This document shows positions 1 through 9,434 of a DNA stretch of 40,172 nucleotides, one piece after another; positions within the stretch are counted from its first letter, which is position 1, and each line of letters starts with the position of its first letter. The notes beneath the pieces are model-generated. The model ran no database searches and was not told where the DNA came from. It worked only from the letters and a program-made list of their open reading frames with translations. A program made the position numbers and the translations under genes. The stretch spans positions 11,203 to 51,374 of the forward strand of contig CAYSJV010000002.1 of the NCBI GenBank assembly GCA_964431435.1, read 5' to 3'. Source of the DNA: an uncultured Candidatus Poseidoniales archaeon (lineage in GTDB: Archaea; Thermoplasmatota; Poseidoniia; Poseidoniales; Poseidoniaceae).

Positions 1-1073
1 GCCTCCTCAAAACCGCCTTTTTTAACTAATTCCTCCGTCTGGCCACATAACTCTATTGCATTTATTTTACTCATTGCTTTCAGAACATCAGTATTACCCA
101 ACGTACCAATCCACAAAGGACCTGAAACCCTATTTTTTGATATTTCATTGGGAGGTTTATCCCATGGTAAAAAACATCTTTTTTGCTTTAAGTTAGGACA
201 ACCATGTGGATGAAGGTTAGATGAAATACTAATTTTTAGTTCAGATTCAGTAGGGGAGTTAATTCTCCAGCCAAGATTGTCATAGGAATTACTTGCTTTT
301 GATGGGCTTTCTTTTACCATTACACTTACTCTAGCATGATGGTCATCAAAAATAGATATTAGCGGTTCAATAATTCTCGAATGTCTTGCAGCAATTATTG
401 ATATTTGTCCAAGAAGAACCCTTAGTGCAGTATCATGTGCAGCTTTGTCTACTACTGCAGTAATTCCATACTTTCTTTTTGCTGCAGTAGGTGAAGAACC
501 ACAAAGAGCAGCAGTATCAGTAGCACTTACTTCAAGTACGGCAGTTCTGGTAAGTGATTGCAATGCTGAATCAAGAAAGGGTATAGGACTTCCAAATGGA
601 TCAATATCAATCCAATTCCATCTTTTGTTCAATACCGTTTTTCTAAAATCACCAGTTACAAATTCAATATTGGAAAAATTAGTATTGTTAGGTGGATGCA
701 AGAGATTGTTATGTTGTGCCCATGCAGTTGCTTCTGGATTTAGGTCATTTACAGTTATATTTACATTCTTCAATAATTCGGGAGATATTTCATTCACCCA
801 TCTTCTTCCTCTTAAGCCACTTGCACCCAATCCTTCTAGTACATTAATTTCTTTAGAATTAAACCATTTCTTTGAAAGTGCATGAGATAGAAGCATGACA
901 CTTCTAGTTCTATTTGGTGCCATGGCTGTATTATGGAATACAGGCACCCCCCTTTTTCCACCAGGCCCCGCTCTAAATTCACCTTGACCTTCAGCATCCA
1001 GAACTTGCGTTAGGGTACGCCCCTCTAACCAGTTTTTACCCGGCCACCCATTTGGTATATTTTTTTCAGACAT
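1..1073 (-). CDS. trm1: tRNA (guanine26-N2)-dimethyltransferase Trm1, 3' end outside window
   Basis: Not in ORF track. Manual translation from ATG at 1073 gives MSEKNIPNGW...PVFHNTAMAPNRTRS...VLEGLGASGLRGRRW...IDIDPFGSPIPFLDSA...SATDTAALCG, which are Trm1 motifs. Purine-rich GGGAAGGT precedes the ATG. Confidence 0.9.
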   Translation of the reverse strand, partial: MSEKNIPNGWPGKNWLEGRTLTQVLDAEGQGEFRAGPGGKRGVPVFHNTAMAPNRTRSVMLLSHALSKKWFNSKEINVLEGLGASGLRGRRWVNEISPELLKNVNITVNDLNPEATAWAQHNNLLHPPNNTNFSNIEFVTGDFRKTVLNKRWNWIDIDPFGSPIPFLDSALQSLTRTAVLEVSATDTAALCGSSPTAAKRKYGITAVVDKAAHDTALRVLLGQISIIAARHSRIIEPLISIFDDHHARVSVMVKESPSKASNSYDNLGWRINSPTESELKISISSNLHPHGCPNLKQKRCFLPWDKPPNEISKNRVSGPLWIGTLGNTDVLKAMSKINAIELCGQTEELVKKGGFEE

Positions 1074-1081
1074 ACCTTCCC

Positions 1082-2218
1082 TCAATAGTGATCAAAAACT
1101 ACCTCAGGATTGATGTGAGTGACTTTATGTGTTTTTTCCACAACATTTCCGATAATTGCAGTTCCTGGAATTTTATCTTTCAACCATTCACATAATTCTT
1201 CAGATGATTCTTTTGATACTGCTAAAACTATACCCAATCCCATATTGAATGTTCTATGCATTTCTCTGTTGCTAATATTTCCTTTTCCAGCCAACCATTC
1301 AAATTCAGGGAGAATAGAAAGAGGATTGGATATGTGATATCCCATTGATGGATGTAATCTTAGTAGGTTGGATAATCCACCTCCTGTAATATGAGCAATA
1401 CCATGAATATCGGACCAATTACAAGGCCCCTCGTTATTCCAACACATTTTGAATAGATCTACTAATGGATCCACATAGATTTGTGTGGGATTGAGCAACA
1501 CTTCACCCAAGGTTACTCCTGAATTTTCAGCCGAAGAACTAAATCGATGAATTGTCCTATTTTCATGCTCGGCATCAAAAGGACAGATCTCATTTAGATT
1601 ACTTCCTTCTCTCTTAATTACTTCTCTAACTAATGAAAAACCATTAGAATGAATCCCCGATGAAGGCAACCCAATCAATACATCTTCACCTGTAATACAT
1701 TCACCAGTTAATTGATTTCCTTTAGGTAACCAACCCAATGCAGTCCCTGAAAGATCTAGATCATTAACAATTCCAGGTAAGCTTGCAGTCTCTCCACCCG
1801 CAAGAGTTACTCTTGCAATCTTTGCTGCATTACCTAGCCCAAGCCCAACTGCTCCATGTGTAATTGGATCTGGTTTTGGGGTTGCAATATAATCAACAAA
1901 CGCAAGTGGTTCTGCACCAATACAAATTAAATCATTTACATTCATAGCCATACAATCTATTCCAACAGTTTCCCATTCACCTAGTTCACTAGCTAGCATA
2001 AGTTTACTGCCGACACCATCTGTACACATTGCAAGTAACGAATCTCCAAATTCTACTAGTCCTGAAAATCCACCAGCGTGTTCTACTGGCGCACCAAATT
2101 CCCCAGGCCTTCTAAGGGCTGAGCCTTTTAGGGATTTTACGAGTGCACTTACTGCAGAACCTTCCAAATCAATATCGACTCCACTTTGTGCGTAATCAAG
2201 CGACTTTTCGTTGCCCAT
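1082..2218 (-). CDS. purM: phosphoribosylaminoimidazole (AIR) synthetase
   Basis: YAQSGVDI, TDGVGSK, GIDCMAMNVNDL, GGETA, SSGIHSNGFSL, AHITGGGL, TFNMGLG. Confidence 0.97.
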   Translation of the reverse strand: MGNEKSLDYAQSGVDIDLEGSAVSALVKSLKGSALRRPGEFGAPVEHAGGFSGLVEFGDSLLAMCTDGVGSKLMLASELGEWETVGIDCMAMNVNDLICIGAEPLAFVDYIATPKPDPITHGAVGLGLGNAAKIARVTLAGGETASLPGIVNDLDLSGTALGWLPKGNQLTGECITGEDVLIGLPSSGIHSNGFSLVREVIKREGSNLNEICPFDAEHENRTIHRFSSSAENSGVTLGEVLLNPTQIYVDPLVDLFKMCWNNEGPCNWSDIHGIAHITGGGLSNLLRLHPSMGYHISNPLSILPEFEWLAGKGNISNREMHRTFNMGLGIVLAVSKESSEELCEWLKDKIPGTAIIGNVVEKTHKVTHINPEVVFDHY

Positions 2219-2278
2219 GTCAGTCCCATACTGTTTAGGCTCTTGAGGGTGATGCCGAAGGTCAGTTTAAATCTCGGC

Positions 2279-2347
2279 GTAAATTTATAGTAAATTGCCA
2301 AATCATGTAAATCAGTGATTTTTCCTTCTTAGGAAATATTTGTAAAT
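2279..2347 (+). repeat. AT-rich tract with four GTAAAT direct repeats and a TTTCCT-N4-AGGAAA palindrome (candidate unwinding/bent element)
   Basis: GTAAAT at 2279, 2290, 2307 and 2342; palindrome at 2321-2336; lies next to the ORB-like motif. Confidence 0.5.
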
Positions 2348-2363
2348 TGAAAAATCGATTCCC

Positions 2364-2398
2364 TCCACTGTTTACACTTTCCAGTGGAAATCAAGGGG
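2364..2398 (+). promoter_or_regulatory. Origin recognition box (ORB)-like Orc1/Cdc6 binding site with inverted half-site; candidate oriC
   Basis: TTCCAGTGGAAATCAAGGGG (2379-2398) matches the euryarchaeal ORB core TTCCAGTGGAAA plus G-string; TCCACTG (2364-2370) is the reverse complement of CAGTGGA (2382-2388). Confidence 0.7.
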
Positions 2399-2454
2399 TC
2401 AAATCGCGATGATTAAGTGCCCTAGCATTTCACTTTGAGTCTCGCGGTGTTGAT

Positions 2455-4593
2455 ATGGTAGTCATGGCTTCTGAAGTTTCTGGTTTGTGGCAATCATTTT
2501 TCAAGGAAAATTCATTTGAAGAAGTTCGCAAATTAATCTTGTATTGGCCAGATATGCGCAGTTTAATAGTTTCATATGCGGATTTGCAAACATTTAATCC
2601 AGAATTTGCTCAATATGTAGTAACAAACCCACAAAATAGTATTTCCACAGGACAAAAGGATCTTAGGAAATACTGTAGGAGTATGGGCAAAAAGGACATA
2701 AATGTTTTTTTACGCCTTCAAGATTTACCAAAAGACCAACAACGACCGATTGATAAAATTAGATCTGAAGATATAGGACAATTGTTAGGGGTAGATGCCA
2801 TTGTATCTCGAATCTCAGGAGTAAGGCCCCGATTGTTTGAGGCAGCATTTCAGTGTACTTGTGGAGCCATATGGAAGGAAATGCAACCAAATGAACAACA
2901 ATTAATCGAACCAATGTGGTGCAGTAATCACGGAGACGATCACGGATGTGGGCTAAAAAGACCGAATCTTCGCTTTACACTTATCCCTCAAGAATCACAA
3001 ATGGTTAACACCCAGTTCATAGAACTTCAACAGCCACCCGAACAGATGAAAGGTGGAGGACAAACAGATAGAATAAGTTGTATTGCAGACCACGATCTTG
3101 CAGGGCAACTGTCCCCAGGAGATAGGGTGATTGCAAATGGAGAGCTATTTGTAAGAACAAAAAAGAAAGGGGGTAAAGAAACACCTGTTTTTGACATATT
3201 TTTACAATTATTATCTATTGAAAGACAAAATATACCCTTAGAAGAAGTCCACATAAGTGAGGAAGAAGAACAAGAAATCAAGGATTTAGCATCGAGGTCC
3301 GACATTAAAGATTTGTTAGAAAATAGTATTGCACCATCTATATTTGGATATGGTGAAATAAAACGATCATTGGTATTGCAGTTATTTGGAGGAGTTTCTA
3401 GAAAAAATCCAGATGGAACAAGATTAAGAGGAGACATCCACGTATTGCTTCTTGGTGATCCAGGTGTTGCCAAATCACAGATGTTACATTTCATGTCTCA
3501 AATATCCCCCAGAGGTCGCTTTACTAGTGGAATGAGCGCATCGTCTGCAGGTTTGACTGCGGCAGCAGTTCAAGATTCAACTGCAGATGGCAGATGGACT
3601 CTAGAGGCGGGGGTATTGCCACTGGCAGATCAAGGTTTAGCAGCAATTGATGAATTTGACAAAATGGGGGAGGGTGACCGTTCATCAATGCACGAGGCAA
3701 TGGAACAGCAAACAATTAGTGTATCAAAGGCAGGAATTAATGCAACTCTTTCAACAAGATGTGCAGTTTTAGCAGCAGCCAATCCCAAGGGCGGAAATAG
3801 ATTTATTACAGATTTTGATGAATATCCGTTTAACACTCAAGTGAATATAGGGCCCGCATTATTGACTAGATTTGATGTAATTTGGCTTATTACTGACACA
3901 ATAACTGGAGCAGAAGATGAACGAATTGCAGGACATATCATGAACACACGTGCAGCAGGTGTTAGTGAAGTTCTAATTGAGGAAGGCGCGGAAGCAGATC
4001 CAGCATCAGCATCGGCAAAATTAGAAACTGATAAATCAGCAGATGGAAAAGAAATCATCGGTCGAGATTTATTCAGAAAGTATATTGCTTATACAAAAAG
4101 AAACATACATCCCATTTTAGATAATGATGCACGTGCAAGGATACAAGAATATTATGTTGAGACTCGAAGGAAGAAAGGCCCTTCACACGATAGTGTAGCA
4201 ATATCTCCTCGTTCACTCGAAGCACTAGCACGTCTTGCAGAGGCTTCAGCAAAGATTAGATTATCTCAAGTGGCCTCACGTGAAGATGCTGAAAATGCCA
4301 TAATGATTACTGAGCAATGGCGAAATGATGTAATGGGCCCAAATTATGATGAAACAACAATGCATACAGGAATGACTTCTACGAAGAGAGATCTAAGGGG
4401 GAAAATCTTGTCAGTAATACATGATTATCAAAACAATAATGGTGGCAGACAAATGCCAATCAATGAATTATACGAAATACTAAAACAAGAAAACATCGAC
4501 AAAGCAGAAGCAGAACCTTTAATGGACAAATTAAGTTTAGAAGGCACAATTTTCTTCCCATCCGGTGATAAAGTAGGCGTTTCCAATAGGTAA
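2455..4593 (+). CDS. mcm: MCM replicative helicase
   Basis: Zn finger CTCG...WC...GCG, Walker A GDPGVAKSQ, Walker B IDEFDKM, HEAMEQQTISVSKAG, Arg finger LLTRFD, sensor-2 SPRSLE, C-terminal winged-helix-like region. Start could be ATG 2464. Confidence 0.98.
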   Translation: MVVMASEVSGLWQSFFKENSFEEVRKLILYWPDMRSLIVSYADLQTFNPEFAQYVVTNPQNSISTGQKDLRKYCRSMGKKDINVFLRLQDLPKDQQRPIDKIRSEDIGQLLGVDAIVSRISGVRPRLFEAAFQCTCGAIWKEMQPNEQQLIEPMWCSNHGDDHGCGLKRPNLRFTLIPQESQMVNTQFIELQQPPEQMKGGGQTDRISCIADHDLAGQLSPGDRVIANGELFVRTKKKGGKETPVFDIFLQLLSIERQNIPLEEVHISEEEEQEIKDLASRSDIKDLLENSIAPSIFGYGEIKRSLVLQLFGGVSRKNPDGTRLRGDIHVLLLGDPGVAKSQMLHFMSQISPRGRFTSGMSASSAGLTAAAVQDSTADGRWTLEAGVLPLADQGLAAIDEFDKMGEGDRSSMHEAMEQQTISVSKAGINATLSTRCAVLAAANPKGGNRFITDFDEYPFNTQVNIGPALLTRFDVIWLITDTITGAEDERIAGHIMNTRAAGVSEVLIEEGAEADPASASAKLETDKSADGKEIIGRDLFRKYIAYTKRNIHPILDNDARARIQEYYVETRRKKGPSHDSVAISPRSLEALARLAEASAKIRLSQVASREDAENAIMITEQWRNDVMGPNYDETTMHTGMTSTKRDLRGKILSVIHDYQNNNGGRQMPINELYEILKQENIDKAEAEPLMDKLSLEGTIFFPSGDKVGVSNR

Positions 4594-4613
4594 TCAATCG
4601 TAGTATCTATCAT

Positions 4614-6773
4614 ATGGCATCGATTCCAGACATCATGGCCTCCATATCTGACACACCCGAGGGGGATATTTCTAATGCTGCGGATTTTAATCCTGAAGCA
4701 TTGGGATTTATGTGTGGTTTGGAAATACATCAACAACTTAATACTGACAAATTACATTCTAGAGAACAGAGTATACTCTTTGACTATAATGCAGAAAATT
4801 TACCATCAGAATTACCACAAATCAATCGAAAATTACGTGCTGCAGAGGGTGAAAGTGGCAAGGTAGATATTGCAGCCAAATTTGAATCTAGACGCAATCG
4901 AAAATTTGTTTACATTCAATCACCGAATGCAGGATTAATTGAACTTGATGAACAACCCCCATTACCACATGATTCAGAAGCAGTAAAGGCAACCTTAACA
5001 ATTTCAGGATTAATGAATGCGCACCCACTTCCAGTAATGCAAGCAATGCGTAAAACAGTTGTTGATGGCTCAAACACCTCAGGATTTCAACGTACAACAC
5101 TTATGGCCACACATGGTTCAATAACAACTGATGAGGGAGAGGTAGGAATTTCTCTAATTTGCTTGGAGGAAGATAGTGCGAGAAAACTAAAATCTGAATT
5201 GACAACTAAAGGAGAAATTGTAACTTGGAATTTAGATAGATTAGGTATACCTTTGGTGGAGATAGCCACTGAACCCGAGATAATATCTCCAGAACACGCA
5301 AAATCTGCCGCACTCAAACTCGGGACAATATTGCGTGATACTAGAATGGTACGTCGAGGTTTAGGAACAATCCGACAAGATTTGAATGTATCAATTGCGT
5401 GCGGGGATCGTGTTGAAATAAAGGGCTGTCAAGATCTTGAATGGATCCCTAGAATAATAAGATTAGAAATGGCTAGGCAACTACATTTTTACCGAATAGC
5501 GAATGAGTTAAGAAAATCAAGTGGTTTTTCTCTACTTTCATCCGATAGAAGAAATGATTCTAAAGAAGAGGAAATGAAGATAGAAAAAGAAGTTGAGAAA
5601 TTAATGCCACTAGATGTAGTAGATGTATCTAATTGTTTTTCTTCAACAGAAGCAAAATTGGTACAGGATTCTTTCTCTAATGAGGGAGTTGTAATGGCAA
5701 TTAAGTTAGTAGGATTCTCAGGAAAACTTGGATGTAAGAAAATGGATTTAGGAGGAGCACAAATGCCTCGTTTAGGAAGAGAACTTTCTTCTGCAGCAAA
5801 AGTGGTAGGGGTAAAGGGAATTTTTCATAGTGATGAATTACCCGCTTATGGTATTTCAGAAACTGAAGTAAAACAAATAAGTGTAGAGTTAAATTTAGGA
5901 GAAAAAGATGCATTTGTTCTTTGTGCAGCACCTGAATGGCAAGCCCAACTTGCATTAGAATCTGTTATGCTTAGAGCAAGAGCAACATATCATCGTATAA
6001 GGCAAGAAGTACGTAATGTGGTGATAAGAAAAGGAGAACCAGAAGATGGAACCACTACTGCTATGCGCCCTCTTCCTGGCGGTGCTAGAATGTATCCTGA
6101 GACGGATATCCCTCCCTTAATATTAGATTCAAACCTCTGGCAAAACATAGTATCTTCACTTCCTCCTTCTACAAATGAAAGACTCCTCAATTTATCAAAT
6201 TTTGATATTTCAGATAATCAAGCAACTCAGTTAGTTTCTCAACATCTTGATGATGAATTTGTGAAAGGGACTGATGGAACTTTGATGAAAGGAATCTCTT
6301 CACTTTCATCCAAAGGCTGGGCTTCACTACTTTTAGATTCAACTCGCAAGGAAATTGCAGAAAGCATTCAAGGTACAATTGATGACGTTCCTCTTTTACT
6401 TCTAGCAGCATTACAACATGTTAGAGATGAAGGAAATTTGACTAGAGAGGGAACAATACCACTTGCAATAGAAATTCTAAACAGCACAGAATGGCCTCAT
6501 ACAAACAAACTCACCTCCGAAGTTGTGTTGGCTTTAATAGATGAAATTAACAATCGTTCTGAGCTGATGGGATATAAACCAGCATCTTCAAGTGAATTAA
6601 GTAAAGTTGTAAAACAAATTGTTGATAGCAGAATCGATTTTGTAAAAGAGCGCGGATTAGGTGCACTTGGGCCTTTGATGGGATTAGTTATGAAGGAGTT
6701 TGAAGGAGGAGCAGACGGAAAACAGGTTAGTGCCTTACTTAAGGAAGAAATTGAAAAGATAAGTAGGGAGTGA
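4614..6773 (+). CDS. gatE: glutamyl-tRNA(Gln) amidotransferase subunit E
   Basis: GLEIHQQL, MRKTVVDGSNTSGFQRT, LDRLGIPLVEIAT, RGLGTIRQDLNVSI, FHSDELPAYGI, MRPLPGGARMYPETDIPP, Yqey-like tail. Confidence 0.97.
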   Translation: MASIPDIMASISDTPEGDISNAADFNPEALGFMCGLEIHQQLNTDKLHSREQSILFDYNAENLPSELPQINRKLRAAEGESGKVDIAAKFESRRNRKFVYIQSPNAGLIELDEQPPLPHDSEAVKATLTISGLMNAHPLPVMQAMRKTVVDGSNTSGFQRTTLMATHGSITTDEGEVGISLICLEEDSARKLKSELTTKGEIVTWNLDRLGIPLVEIATEPEIISPEHAKSAALKLGTILRDTRMVRRGLGTIRQDLNVSIACGDRVEIKGCQDLEWIPRIIRLEMARQLHFYRIANELRKSSGFSLLSSDRRNDSKEEEMKIEKEVEKLMPLDVVDVSNCFSSTEAKLVQDSFSNEGVVMAIKLVGFSGKLGCKKMDLGGAQMPRLGRELSSAAKVVGVKGIFHSDELPAYGISETEVKQISVELNLGEKDAFVLCAAPEWQAQLALESVMLRARATYHRIRQEVRNVVIRKGEPEDGTTTAMRPLPGGARMYPETDIPPLILDSNLWQNIVSSLPPSTNERLLNLSNFDISDNQATQLVSQHLDDEFVKGTDGTLMKGISSLSSKGWASLLLDSTRKEIAESIQGTIDDVPLLLLAALQHVRDEGNLTREGTIPLAIEILNSTEWPHTNKLTSEVVLALIDEINNRSELMGYKPASSSELSKVVKQIVDSRIDFVKERGLGALGPLMGLVMKEFEGGADGKQVSALLKEEIEKISRE

Positions 6774-6777
6774 TATT

Positions 6778-8703
6778 ATTCGATTAAGGGTAATAGTTCC
6801 TGTATTATTATTATTCATACAATTTTCACATCCTGCGGCATCTTGGTCTACCGGTGATCCTAACTTACCTCCAATTTCATGGTCAAAAGATTTAGAATCA
6901 GGATTTATATCAACATCTCCTCTTATTGCGGAAGGAGTTGTAGTTTTCAAAACTCCTCAAGGCCTTAATGCACTAGGAATTGAGGGGGAGTCTTTGTGGT
7001 CAACAACACATGACTCCTTCTTTGAATTGAGTCCATTGATACATTTAGGAATGCAATCATCTCATCAATGTGAAGGACAGGATAAATCAGATGAAAGTGG
7101 TTGGCCAGATTTGGTAATTACGGGCTGGACTAGTGGAGAGGTTTCCGCTCATCGGTTAATAGATGGAAAACTACATTGGTCTTGGATGTCTCAAATTTCA
7201 TCAAATGGAATAACGGGTAAAATATTAGTTGAAAATACATCTAAAGGTTGGCAAGTAATTATACCCACGGAATATGGATTGGCAAGTTTGTGTCCTGCCA
7301 ATGGAGAACTTATCTGGGATGCAAACTTTAGTGAAGAAGGAGTAGGATATCGCCATAGTCCAACCATTTTTCAAAAGGATAATTTCGAATGGGTTGTGGT
7401 TGGAAATGAGTATGGAAATATGATGGAAGTAAATTTGTCAAACCCTCAATCTCAACTAATTACAACTCTTGATTATGGTTTAGTGAATCCGAAAATCCGC
7501 AGCCCAATAATTAATTTAAATTCTGAATCAGATAGGAGATTAATATCGATTCAAGGCGATAACGGTAGCCTTTTTGTTGAATGGTATACAAATTCTACAT
7601 CAGTAATTCTACATCACCTCATAGGTTCAACAGGTGTTCTAACCCATCATGATGATCTTGTCGTAGTACCAACTTCTACTAACACCACACTTTATGATTG
7701 TACAGAATCTTGCAATTTACTTGGAACCTTAACTAATGAATCAGTTACTGGAGAACCATCTTTTATTGAACACCCAGATGGAAATATTTCCGTAATTATA
7801 CCACATAATATAAATCAAGGATATTGGAGTTCTCATAAAGTTAGTTTTGATGTTAATGACTGGTATATTTCTCCAGAGCCTTATTGGGAATGGAAACCTC
7901 TGATTTCTCAGTACCTCACAGCAGGTGTGGAAATTACTGATTATGCAGCAGCAATTGGTAATGATGCAAGTTATATTGAAGTGATAATTTTAGATTTACA
8001 AGTAGCACAATATCATTTTGAAATAATGCGCCAATCAAATCAAGAATGGCTTGATGTAGATACAGATGAACAAATAGAGACCCCCTCATCGATTGTCTCA
8101 GAATCAAATTGGATTGGCTTGATGTACTTTGTTATGGTGTTATTATTCATTGGGATTGGGTCATACGCGTTATCGAGAATAAAATCCAATGATTTCCGGT
8201 GGCCTTCATTGATATTATTAATTGCATTAATTTTGGTACTTCCAGGTATAATCATTCAATGGTCCAATTTGATTGGAAGTGAGGATAGCACTGGACAAAA
8301 CACAATTCTCGAATCAAATATTCCATTAGAATGGGCAGATACTCAAATAGTTATTTTCGAATTTCCAAATAGTGAATTAAATGGAGTTGAAATTAGATAT
8401 GATCAAAATGGAAATGAAATCGAAAGAGGTCTTTCAGTAAATAATGAAACGGATAGAGTATTGATTGGAGGTTTGACAGGTTCAGAAGATGTATGGGAAA
8501 TTACATTGTTTGCTTCTAATTTATCAAATATGGATTTAGAATATGAAGATACAGCAATTGGAATGTTCATAACATCGATAAATAATTTTGAAAATAGTGG
8601 ACAAAATGGATGGGTCTATACAATTGATACAACGTATGGAACTCAGTCAGTAAATTTAGCACCTATTAGTGCCAACTCTACTATTATTTGGCAATATAAA
8701 TGA
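6778..8703 (+). CDS. Secreted PQQ-like beta-propeller + 2 TM + C-terminal DUF4430 (transcobalamin beta-domain-like) protein; putative cobalamin-binding protein
   Basis: Frame is open from 6763. Upstream of the track start (TTG 6994) it encodes a signal-peptide-like IRLRVIVPVLLLFIQFSHPAAS and a propeller blade WSKDLESGFISTSPLIAEGVVVF. C-terminus GMFITSINNFENSGQNGWVYTID...IIWQY is DUF4430-like. Start codon uncertain (ATT 6775/6778). Confidence 0.72.
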   Translation: MRLRVIVPVLLLFIQFSHPAASWSTGDPNLPPISWSKDLESGFISTSPLIAEGVVVFKTPQGLNALGIEGESLWSTTHDSFFELSPLIHLGMQSSHQCEGQDKSDESGWPDLVITGWTSGEVSAHRLIDGKLHWSWMSQISSNGITGKILVENTSKGWQVIIPTEYGLASLCPANGELIWDANFSEEGVGYRHSPTIFQKDNFEWVVVGNEYGNMMEVNLSNPQSQLITTLDYGLVNPKIRSPIINLNSESDRRLISIQGDNGSLFVEWYTNSTSVILHHLIGSTGVLTHHDDLVVVPTSTNTTLYDCTESCNLLGTLTNESVTGEPSFIEHPDGNISVIIPHNINQGYWSSHKVSFDVNDWYISPEPYWEWKPLISQYLTAGVEITDYAAAIGNDASYIEVIILDLQVAQYHFEIMRQSNQEWLDVDTDEQIETPSSIVSESNWIGLMYFVMVLLFIGIGSYALSRIKSNDFRWPSLILLIALILVLPGIIIQWSNLIGSEDSTGQNTILESNIPLEWADTQIVIFEFPNSELNGVEIRYDQNGNEIERGLSVNNETDRVLIGGLTGSEDVWEITLFASNLSNMDLEYEDTAIGMFITSINNFENSGQNGWVYTIDTTYGTQSVNLAPISANSTIIWQYK

Positions 8704-9434
8704 TAATTAATAGGAATTTTGAAGTGTGTTTGCTTGTTGAACTGATTGGTGATGAAGTGTTAGGTGCGCATGATGTAGATGCCGGAGCATTTGAAATTCT
8801 CATCATAAATGCATTATCCATCTCATTAGTATTTGCACTTTTACTGTTCAGCAAACGGAGACAAAACTCCTTTTTGAGAGAAGTAATATTAATCTCAATC
8901 TTAGCTTCAATGACAGCATCTTTAAGAATTATATTTTCATCAATACCTAACTTACAACCAGTTACAATATTATTGTTAATTTTCGGTGCACACTTAGGGG
9001 CACGTAGAGGCTCAGCAATTGCAATTCTTGTTGCATTGCTATCTAATATTCAATTAGGAGCTGGAACATGGACTGTTTTTCAGGCTACAGGATGGATTTT
9101 GGTTGCTAATTTTGGGCACTATCTTCGATTATGGTTATTTGATGAACAATCCAAACTTAACATAGGAAAATTGGCCTCAATAGGTTTTATTCTTGGATTT
9201 ATATTTGATTGGTGGGTGTCTTTGAGTGCATTACAATCTTTAAACGGAGTAGAGGAATTTATTGCTTATATTTTACGAGGAATTCCCTTTGACTTGATAC
9301 ATGGTTTTGGTAATGTCGTTTTTGCATTATGGCTTGCAAGGCCAACAATTAATCTTCTTAACAAATATGTGGAAACGGAAGAAACTAAAATTCAGAAAAA
9401 TGAATCAAATCTACCAAGTACAGCGATGGGATGA
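8700..9434 (+). CDS. ECF transporter S-component, CbrT (cobalamin)-like
   Basis: IPNLQPVT, LSNIQLGAGTWTVFQ and GIPFDLIHGFGN resemble CbrT motifs; about 6 TM helices; alternative start GTG 8757 after GGTGAT. Confidence 0.82.
   Translation: MIINRNFEVCLLVELIGDEVLGAHDVDAGAFEILIINALSISLVFALLLFSKRRQNSFLREVILISILASMTASLRIIFSSIPNLQPVTILLLIFGAHLGARRGSAIAILVALLSNIQLGAGTWTVFQATGWILVANFGHYLRLWLFDEQSKLNIGKLASIGFILGFIFDWWVSLSALQSLNGVEEFIAYILRGIPFDLIHGFGNVVFALWLARPTINLLNKYVETEETKIQKNESNLPSTAMG

Noticed and set aside
445-885. 146-aa plus-strand ORF
   Set aside because: Antisense shadow of trm1, which has clear family motifs
2455-4593. Possible intein in MCM
   Set aside because: Length is normal and motifs are contiguous; no splice-junction or LAGLIDADG motifs seen
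6740-6800. Cobalamin riboswitch upstream of the putative B12 genes
   Set aside because: Essentially no intergenic space after gatE and no B12-box recognised
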